In this document: piece by piece, positions 1-8,000 of the stretch
Position numbering within the stretch: position 1 is the stretch's first letter
How the letters are laid out: the number at the start of each line of letters is the position of its first letter
DNA from: Arenicellales bacterium
GTDB taxonomy: Bacteria > Pseudomonadota > Gammaproteobacteria > Arenicellales > JAJDZL01
Assembly: GCA_963664525.1 (NCBI GenBank)
Contig: OY761535.1
Span: 975,314-1,039,313, forward strand
Direction of reading: 5' to 3'
DNA length: 64,000 nucleotides
The notes under the pieces: model-generated
Told to the model about the DNA's origin: nothing
Seen by the model: the letters and a program-made list of their open reading frames with translations, nothing else
Databases searched by the model: none
Program-made: the position numbers and the translations under genes

Positions 1-1
1 C

Positions 2-334
2 AGCGTATTTAAAGCACGACCCATCTCGATGCCTTTTTCAGTCAGCCGAATGGAGTGCCACCCACGTTCGAGCCAAGCATTTATTCCAAAAGGAAATGGT
101 CGATTTTTGATATTGGTTGCCAAGCCAGCCGAAACGTTCAACCCAAGTGACTTAAAGCTGTTTGTCACCAACGGGGAACAGGGCGTTAACTACAAACGTG
201 GTGTTTGGCATCATTTTCTAATGGCATTGGAAAAGCCCCAGGAATTCATTGTTATTGACCGCAGCGATCCAGATGAAAATACCAATGAAGTAGAACTGGA
301 AATTCCTTATCCTATAATCACTTCGTTTAAATAA
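2..334 (+). CDS. allA: ureidoglycolate lyase, C-terminal part (5' end lies upstream of the window)
   Basis: The frame is open from the window edge to TAA 332-334. ECHPRSSQAFIP ... FVTNGEQGVNYKRGVWHHFLMAL ... FIVIDR matches the conserved AllA core as I recall it from E. coli (ERHPLGTQAFIP, FITNGEQGVNYHRNVWHH). Confidence 0.8.
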   Translation, partial: SVFKARPISMPFSVSRMECHPRSSQAFIPKGNGRFLILVAKPAETFNPSDLKLFVTNGEQGVNYKRGVWHHFLMALEKPQEFIVIDRSDPDENTNEVELEIPYPIITSFK

Positions 335-388
335 TCTAACAAAAAAGCCAGTCAAATTAGGCAACAGACAGTACTTGGAGGATAGTTT

Positions 389-2428
389 ATGGCCTACACA
401 ACCGAAGATATTCGGAACGTTGCATTGCTCGGCCAGGCAGGCGCCGGAAAAACGACTCTGAGCGAAGCACTTTTGTTTGCGGCAGGTGCAATACCTAGCA
501 AAGGAGAAATATCTCGCAAGAATACTGTCAGCGATCAGGATGTATTAGAAAAGCAGCATCAACGCTCACTGTCATCGGCGGTCATTTCCTTTGATCACAA
601 TTCCACTCACTTAAATGTCATCGATACCCCTGGCTACTCTGACTTTATGGGTACCGCATTAAGTGCGATGAGTGCAGTCGAAACAGCGATCATCGTTATC
701 AACGCACAAAACGGCGTTGAAACAATGACCAGACGATTTATGGAGTGGGCCAAAGACTCCAATGTACCGGTTGCTATAGCTGTTAACAAAATTGATTCAG
801 ATGACATTGATTTAACTTCGCTTTACAACTCGATTCAGGAGGAATTCGGATCCGAGTGTCTTGCGGTGAATCTGCCCGCAAACAACGCAGGTTCTGTTGT
901 TGGCTGTCTGACTGGCGGTGAAGGTGAAACCGATTTAATTTCAGTTGAAGATGCACACGTTGCCATCGCAGATCAAATCGTCGAAGTTGATGATGAACTG
1001 ATGGAAGAATATCTGGATACAGGCGAGCTGCCACAAGAGCGGATTGCTCCGGTTTTCAAACAAGCCATGCTGGAAGGTCACCTGATTCCTGTGTGTTTTG
1101 TATCGGCAGAAAATGACATTGGCATCAAGCAAATGTTAGCGTTAATTGAAGAATATTTCGTTAATCCATCCGAAGGCAATATGCCAACGTTTTATCGACA
1201 AGATGATGGTGAAAAAGAATCGCTGAAAGTTTCGGCCAATTCAGATCAACCGCTCGTAGGCCATGTATTCAAGATTGCATTTGATCCGTTTATCGGTAAA
1301 TTGGGTGCATTTCGCATTTACCAGGGCAAAATGACCAAAGACACGCCAATATTCGTCGATGATGCTCGAAAGCCAGTTAAATTCAGTAATCTATATCAAT
1401 TGACCGGCAAACAGAACAGCGATGTTAGCGATGCAGTTACGGGAGATATTCGCGGCATTGCAAAAATTGACGACATTGAACAAGGTAGTGTGCTGTCTTC
1501 GGAGAGCCTCGAGAGTCGAATGTATATGGAGACAATTTCACCCCCTTATCCGATGGTTGGATTAGCCATAGGTTCAGCCAATCGCGGTGATGAACAAAAA
1601 GTCGCTGAAGCATTGCAAAAAATTGCAGCCGAAGACCCTTGTATTGATTTGACGAGGAATCCTGCTGCTAATGAAACGATTTTACGCGGGATGGGAGATC
1701 TTCATTTGAGAGTTGCGCTTGAACGCATGAAGGAAGTCTATAGTGTCGAAGTCACCACTTCAATACCCACAGTGGATTACCGTGAAACGGTAACCCGGTC
1801 AGCGGAAGGTCATTGCCGACACAAAAAGCAAACTGGTGGGGCAGGTCAATTTGGCGAAGTATTTTTACGAGTTGAACCATTGGCCCGAGGGGAAGGATTT
1901 GAATTCGTAGACAACGTTGTCGGTGGCGTTATTCCTTCCCAGTTTATTCCTGCGGTCGATAAAGGTGTCAGGCAAATTCTCGACAATGGTGCATTTGCCG
2001 GTTTTCCTTTACAAGACATTCGGGTTACGGTTTATGACGGCAAACACCACTCGGTCGATTCAAAGGAAATCGCTTTCATTACAGCTGGCAAGAAAGCATT
2101 TATTGATGCAGTCTCTAAAGCAGGACCCATAGTGTTGGAACCCATCGCTGACGTGACTGTCACAGTGCCGAGTGCAAATATGGGCGATATCGCGGGTGAA
2201 CTGTCGTCTCGTCGTGGACGAATCAGCGACACCGATTCTTTACCAACAGGCGCCGTCAAACTCAGTGGTGCTGCGCCTTTGGCTGAAATGGCAGATTTTC
2301 AGGCAAGGCTCAATGCAATATCGGGCGGAGAAGGGACATTTATAATGGAGTTTGGTTCTTATGAGCCTGCGCCGATGGAGGTGCAGAAAAAATTGAGTGC
2401 GGAATTTCAACAACCAGAAGACGACTAA
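389..2428 (+). CDS. EF-G-like translational GTPase paralogue (not the canonical fusA)
   Basis: 679 aa. G1 GQAGAGKTT, G3 DTPGYSDF, G4 NKID, and EF-G-type downstream domains (GDLHLRVALERM, HKKQTGGAGQFG). GGAGG lies 7 nt upstream of the ATG. The canonical fusA is separately present at 51370. Confidence 0.85.
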   Translation: MAYTTEDIRNVALLGQAGAGKTTLSEALLFAAGAIPSKGEISRKNTVSDQDVLEKQHQRSLSSAVISFDHNSTHLNVIDTPGYSDFMGTALSAMSAVETAIIVINAQNGVETMTRRFMEWAKDSNVPVAIAVNKIDSDDIDLTSLYNSIQEEFGSECLAVNLPANNAGSVVGCLTGGEGETDLISVEDAHVAIADQIVEVDDELMEEYLDTGELPQERIAPVFKQAMLEGHLIPVCFVSAENDIGIKQMLALIEEYFVNPSEGNMPTFYRQDDGEKESLKVSANSDQPLVGHVFKIAFDPFIGKLGAFRIYQGKMTKDTPIFVDDARKPVKFSNLYQLTGKQNSDVSDAVTGDIRGIAKIDDIEQGSVLSSESLESRMYMETISPPYPMVGLAIGSANRGDEQKVAEALQKIAAEDPCIDLTRNPAANETILRGMGDLHLRVALERMKEVYSVEVTTSIPTVDYRETVTRSAEGHCRHKKQTGGAGQFGEVFLRVEPLARGEGFEFVDNVVGGVIPSQFIPAVDKGVRQILDNGAFAGFPLQDIRVTVYDGKHHSVDSKEIAFITAGKKAFIDAVSKAGPIVLEPIADVTVTVPSANMGDIAGELSSRRGRISDTDSLPTGAVKLSGAAPLAEMADFQARLNAISGGEGTFIMEFGSYEPAPMEVQKKLSAEFQQPEDD

Positions 2429-2449
2429 GCCGTCAGAATTTGAGAAATT

Positions 2450-3268
2450 ATGGCGACTCCTGACACAAGCGTAACGGACACATGTCCGGTCACGGGTAAA
2501 CGAATTTCACCGGCGGCGGTTGATCATTCTAATTCGGATGAACAAAAAACCCTGGTACTAACCGGTGCAAGTCAGGGCATTGGTCATGCGACTGCCAAGC
2601 TGTTTCAAGAACATGGCTGGCGTGTACTGACTTGCTCAAGACGTGCTTTTTCCAGCGCCTGTCCGTGGCAGGAAGGTCCAGATGATCACATTCAGCTTGA
2701 TCTTGGCGACCCCGATCATCGCTCGATTGGATTAGCTGAACTGAAAAAGAGATTGGCGGGTGGAGCATTGCATGCGTTGGTGAATAATGCAGGTATTTCT
2801 CCCAAGAACGACATTGGTGAACGGCTAGGTCCGGTCGATACCGGTATGGCTACTTGGCGACTGGTTTTCGAAGTCAATTTCTTTGCTCCGATCGTTTTAG
2901 CTCGCGGTCTGATGGATGAATTGATCAAAGGACGCGGTTCAATTGTAAATGTCACATCGATAGCTGGTAGCCGGGTTCATCCCTATGCAGGCACCGCTTA
3001 CGCAACTTCGAAAGCAGCACTGGCCGCACTGACCCGCGAGATGGCGGCTGACTTTGGGCCAAAAGGGATTCGCGTCAATGCGATTGCACCGGGTGAAATC
3101 GACACGCCAATTCTTTCTCCAGGTTCGACTGATTTGGTCAAGGGAATACCTCTGGACCGTCTAGGCACACCGGACGAAGTTGCTCAAACCATTTACTTCC
3201 TTTGTGCGAACAGTTCGAGCTACGTGACTGGCTCAGAAATCCACATCAACGGCGGCGAACACCTCTAA
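2450..3268 (+). CDS. short-chain dehydrogenase/reductase (SDR) family oxidoreductase
   Basis: TGASQGIGHATA (TGxxxGxG), NNAG, YATSK (YxxxK), PGEIDTP. It starts 21 nt after the EF-G-like stop. Confidence 0.85.
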   Translation: MATPDTSVTDTCPVTGKRISPAAVDHSNSDEQKTLVLTGASQGIGHATAKLFQEHGWRVLTCSRRAFSSACPWQEGPDDHIQLDLGDPDHRSIGLAELKKRLAGGALHALVNNAGISPKNDIGERLGPVDTGMATWRLVFEVNFFAPIVLARGLMDELIKGRGSIVNVTSIAGSRVHPYAGTAYATSKAALAALTREMAADFGPKGIRVNAIAPGEIDTPILSPGSTDLVKGIPLDRLGTPDEVAQTIYFLCANSSSYVTGSEIHINGGEHL

Positions 3269-3697
3269 AGACCTTCTCAATTTACCTTGAATTTTCAATA
3301 TCCGTGTGTTATCGGACGATATTGAATTGTTCGCATTTCAAATTTGGTTATTTTCCGAATTCAAAGACAATAACCAAACCTCAAATCTCCCTCTACCCAG
3401 TACTTTCTGGGGCTATCACACACTACGCGACCTGAATCATCATTTGTACTTGTCTGGTAGATTCTTTCGTATTTAGGATTGTGGGTCATGATCTACGAAA
3501 AACGAATTGCACTTCGGACATGATGAACGGGCTTTTGATCGATAACGGCTTTTCAGAAATGGATTCTGACTGCAACAGATTCCACTTGAGTATCGGAAAT
3601 CTTGCAACAGGGATGAAGATTATTTGGAATTACGACACATCACTTTAAATGGTACATTGACATCTTAATGGTCTTTATTCACAATAATATCAGACTC

Positions 3698-3725
3698 TTG
3701 ATACAGAGTTAAAATCTCATAATTA
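3698..3725 (+). promoter_or_regulatory. candidate sigma70-like promoter (TTGATA-N16-TAATTA) for the 3787 operon
   Basis: TTGATA at 3698-3703, a 16-nt spacer, then TAATTA at 3720-3725. It was read by eye in an AT-rich region, so the false-positive risk is high. Confidence 0.25.
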
Positions 3726-3741
3726 CGTTCTGACTATCGTT

Positions 3742-3779
3742 TTGTAATCTATTGAGTATTTTTACTCAATAGATTACAA
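3742..3779. repeat. perfect inverted repeat (17-bp arms, 4-nt spacer): operator-like palindrome or 5'-UTR hairpin
   Basis: TTGTAATCTATTGAGTA-tttt-TACTCAATAGATTACAA. The arms are exact reverse complements, and the repeat ends 7 nt before the ATG at 3787. Confidence 0.9.
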
Positions 3780-3786
3780 TAATGCT

Positions 3787-5076
3787 ATGTCTGAATTTGA
3801 ACGGGAAGAAAAAAGTACTTTGCTGAAACGCCTCGGTGAGGTACCAAAGAATCTAATTGTTTTAACTGGTCCACGCCAATGCGGTAAAACAACGGTATTA
3901 CTACAGGCACTAAAGTCGGGAACAGCAGGATATCTTTATGTGGACCTTGACCGTGTAGGTGTATCCCATAACGATACGATTTTCAGTTCTGATCCGAACT
4001 TCACGATTAGTATCCCACAAGAAATCGCAACACCTCGGGTTAATCGACTCGATGCGGAGTGGCTTGTTTGGGTGTGGCAGGCGGCGAGAATTCAAGTTAA
4101 ACAGTCAGATTCTGGTTACATACTTGCACTAGACGAAATTCAGAAAATACCGAATTGGTCGCAAATCGTAAAAGGTTTGTGGGATGCTGACCGAATTGAA
4201 GGTCGACAAATGCACGTAGTGCTTTCAGGATCTGCACCACTGCTTGTGCAAAAAGGATTGACCGAGAGTCTTGCTGGACGGTTTGAAACGATTCGACTCA
4301 ATCATTGGTCTTTCGCGGAAATGGCTGAAACATTTGATTTCAATCTGGACAAGTTTATTTATTTTGGTGGTTATCCTGGGTCGGCATCACTAATCGACGA
4401 CGAAGATCGCTGGCGTGATTACATTCTCGACGCGCTGGTACAGACAAGCATAGAGCGAGATATATTGGCGATACAACGTATCGATAAACCAATCCTGATG
4501 AAACGTTTATTCGAGCTAGCTTCGAATTACTCAGGACAGGAACTTGCCTTCAACAAAATGCTTGGCCAACTTCATGACGTTGGCAATACCACCACGTTGG
4601 CGCGTTACCTTGATCTGCTGTCACAGGTGAAGCTTATCAGTGGGCTTTCCAAGTATTCCCAGCAGCGTATGCGACGTGGTTCCACTCCCAAACTGATCGT
4701 ACATAACACGGCTTTGATGTCTGCCGGTTCCGGCTATACGTACACAGAAGCCCGGGCTGATCGCACATTTTGGGGGCGGCTTGTTGAAAGCGCTGTAGGA
4801 GCGCATCTATTAAATTCTCTTAGTCCTCGTGCCGAACTTTTGTACTGGCGTCACAATAATGTCGAAGTGGACTTTGTTATCACTCGCGCCAATCACGTCT
4901 CTGTAATTGAGGTGAAAAGTGGTGTCAAGAGAATATCCACGAAAGGTTTTGAAAAATTCGAAGAGAACTACTCGAGTAATGCGCGCTCGATCAAACGAAT
5001 CGAAGTCCATGGGAGTGGAACTGAGCTCGCGGATTTTCTTGCAACCCCAGCATCGCAATGGTTAGAAAATCTCTAA
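3787..5076 (+). CDS. AAA+ ATPase of the COG1373 type (AAA_14 N-terminal domain + DUF4143 restriction-endonuclease-like C-terminal domain)
   Basis: Walker A GPRQCGKTT (K34), Walker B ILALDEIQ, LAGRF, and C-terminal EVDFVITRANHVSVIEVKSG (D...E-x-K). Confidence 0.85.
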   Translation: MSEFEREEKSTLLKRLGEVPKNLIVLTGPRQCGKTTVLLQALKSGTAGYLYVDLDRVGVSHNDTIFSSDPNFTISIPQEIATPRVNRLDAEWLVWVWQAARIQVKQSDSGYILALDEIQKIPNWSQIVKGLWDADRIEGRQMHVVLSGSAPLLVQKGLTESLAGRFETIRLNHWSFAEMAETFDFNLDKFIYFGGYPGSASLIDDEDRWRDYILDALVQTSIERDILAIQRIDKPILMKRLFELASNYSGQELAFNKMLGQLHDVGNTTTLARYLDLLSQVKLISGLSKYSQQRMRRGSTPKLIVHNTALMSAGSGYTYTEARADRTFWGRLVESAVGAHLLNSLSPRAELLYWRHNNVEVDFVITRANHVSVIEVKSGVKRISTKGFEKFEENYSSNARSIKRIEVHGSGTELADFLATPASQWLENL

Positions 5077-8000
5077 ACTACTTTGCTCCCCGTACCTGCA
5101 CGATAACCAGTTGCGACAAAGATTCTTCGAACGCTGATCATTTATTTCAAGCAAAGTACAGGGAAATCCTAAATAGTGATGTCGTCCATACATCTAGCAT
5201 CTCGACGCGAGCGAAAAAAGATACTTTTGAATGCAAATCATTTTCGCTAGAGAACTTGCGTGAGATTGATGCCTATGTTTTACTTGGTGCGCCAGGAATG
5301 GGTAAAACGGAAGCGTTCAAACTAGAAGGAAATATGCCAAATTGTCGGTACATTACAGTCCGCGATTTCGTAACTCTACATCAAGAACCGGAAAGTGCTA
5401 CGACGACGTTATTTTTAGATGCGCTCGATGAAAAACGTATTGGACAGATGGATGGACGTACAGCATTGGATGAGGTACGCTATAAACTTCAAGAACTCGG
5501 CTTTCCTCGTTTTCGTTTGTCCTGTCGTGAAGTTGACTGGTTCGGAGCCAGTGATAATGAGCACTTGAAGACAGTTTCTCCAAATAAAAAACTCAGTGTA
5601 TTTCGACTTAAACCATTGACCAAAAAGCAAGTATGCAAAATATTAAATAAGAATTTCGGAATTTCTAATCCTACAATATTTGTGGCTTTAGCAAAGAATT
5701 ACGGAGTTGACGAACTGCTTTACAACCCACAGATGCTTGAAATGCTGGCAAATGCTGTTAGTCAATCAAGCAACAAGACTTTTCCTCGCACCCGCTTTCA
5801 GACGTTTGAATTAGCCTGTCGTAATTTATTGAAGGAACACAATCAAGAACATCAAGTAGTAAATCGATCTGTTCCTTTTGACTCAAAATCTCTGCTTGAA
5901 ACGGCGGGAAAATTGTGTGCTATTCAAATATTGTCAGGAGTTCAGGGTTATGCACTATCCAGTGAAATGTGCACCTCCGATTACCCTGACTTGGAGCAGA
6001 TCATAAATGAAGATGGCAGCGAGATTTTTCGAATCGTTCACTCTAAACTGTTCCATACACCAAGAGAAAATTGTATTGCCTCTATTCATCGACAGGTAGC
6101 TGAATTTCTCGCTGCACTCTATCTCGGTAAACTGATCAATGACGGACTGCCTTTAAGTCGAGTGCTCTCGCTTATGACTGGATTTGATGATCTAGTCGTT
6201 TCTGAACTTCGAGGTCTCTCAGCATGGCTAACGTTACATTGCGCATCTCGACGAAAAGAAATTATGGCTAGAGATCCCTTCGGTGTCCTGCTTTACGGCG
6301 ATGCCAAAGTATTCTCTAATGAAGAAAAGGTGTTTTTGTGGAGACTTTTGAGACAGAATTCGGAGAAAGATCCCCGATACCTAAGAATTTTTGGAAATGA
6401 AGTCCAAATTGGTGACATCCTCACTGAAGAAGTGGTAAACGAAATTCGAGAGTATTTTAGAAGTTCGTCAATTTCTAACGCTAAACCATCTTTTGACCGA
6501 ACTGTAATTGACATACTCCGTTACGGCACTCCAGTATCTGGCGTGTCCGAGATTCTGCTGACGATACTCAAAGATAATTCTATCTCACCAAAAATTAGAC
6601 TAAATGCAATTGATGCATTTGTGCACCAGTGCGCAGACACAGCACAGGCTCATGCTGAACTTAAAGATCTGCTAGACAAAATTTACGTTGACAAAAACGT
6701 AGACCCAGACAATGAATTGATTGACCGGATATTGAATGAACTTTATCCTGGGTCACTGAAAGCGTCCGAAATATTGAAATATTTTCGATTACCAAGCAAG
6801 GAAATCTTATCGATAGACTACGAATTTTTCTGGGGTGATTATGTTCCTCAAAATTCAACGGCCAATCAACTAGCCTATCTTCTTAATCAGGTTGAAAAGA
6901 AGAATGAAGAACTGAAATCGTCACCGCAGTTTGGAGCACAGTGGACTTCTATCATGAGACATTTGTCTCGTGTCTGGCTACGACACTATCTGGATAAATT
7001 ACATGGGGAGTTGGACCGCTACCAACTCTTCGAGTGGTTAGGTTTTGCATCAGGGGTCAATGATTGGCACGACGATGATTTGCAATATGAGGAAGATTCG
7101 AAAACCATAGCGTCTTGGATCGAAAGGCGCCCTGAACTACATCTATGGTTACTCGGTCGAGGACTTGAGAATTGTATTGATGCCCGCAAGTGCTCCGATT
7201 CAAATCCCTTCAGTCAGTGCATCAATACACAGTGGAAACGAACTTTTGGGGCTGCAAAACCAAAAGAATTTGGACTCTGGTGTGTCTCTAAAGCGCTGGA
7301 AATACATGATGAAGATGCAAAAATATGGCTCCTGCATAAGGCGGTAGGCTGGATTGATCATTACGACCGCATTCAAGAAGTCTTCACAAACGACGTTACC
7401 AAACTGCTTGAACGCAATCCTGATCTAAAAAGAATGTTTAGTGAAAGACGATCCCAAATTGAACTCGTTAGAAAAAAAAGCGAAGAACATTCGTATCAAC
7501 AGGAAAACAAACAGCGCCAAAAAGAATGGCAGGAGTATCTGAAACCGCACGAAACAGCACTACAGGAAAATCGAATTGAAATGCAATTACTCTCGCAGTT
7601 GGCATTAGTCTATCTAGGCGGATACTTAGATGTTGATGGTCGCGATCCCATATCCAGACTAAGTAACCTAGTAGGAGATGACAATAAGCTGTTGAATTCT
7701 ATTCTGGAAGGTTTACGTGAATCAATCAATCGAGACGATGTTCCAAGCGATGACGAAGTCATAGAGCTACACTGTGAAAGCAAGAGGCATTTGCTCGTCT
7801 TTCCCATTCTTGCAGGACTGAACAAACGAACTTCCGAACGACCTGATTACGTAATTGGGCTAAAAGAGAAAAAAATGCGCTTGGCAGTTGCTCTTTATTT
7901 CACGGAGCCGTACTGGAGAACATCTAAAGTAATCGATCAAAATGTAAAACAGAATTCGCAGTGGTTCCCGGGATTGTTGCGAAATTATCCTGACTTAGTT

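Noticed and set aside
3520-3648. 42-codon ORF (MMNGLLIDNGFSEMDSDCNRFHLSIGNLATGMKIIWNYDTSL*) in the long leader upstream of the cassette; also ORF 3202-3435
   Set aside because: There is no Shine-Dalgarno sequence and no recognisable motif, and ORF 3202-3435 overlaps the SDR 3' end. A small regulatory peptide cannot be excluded, but nothing supports it.
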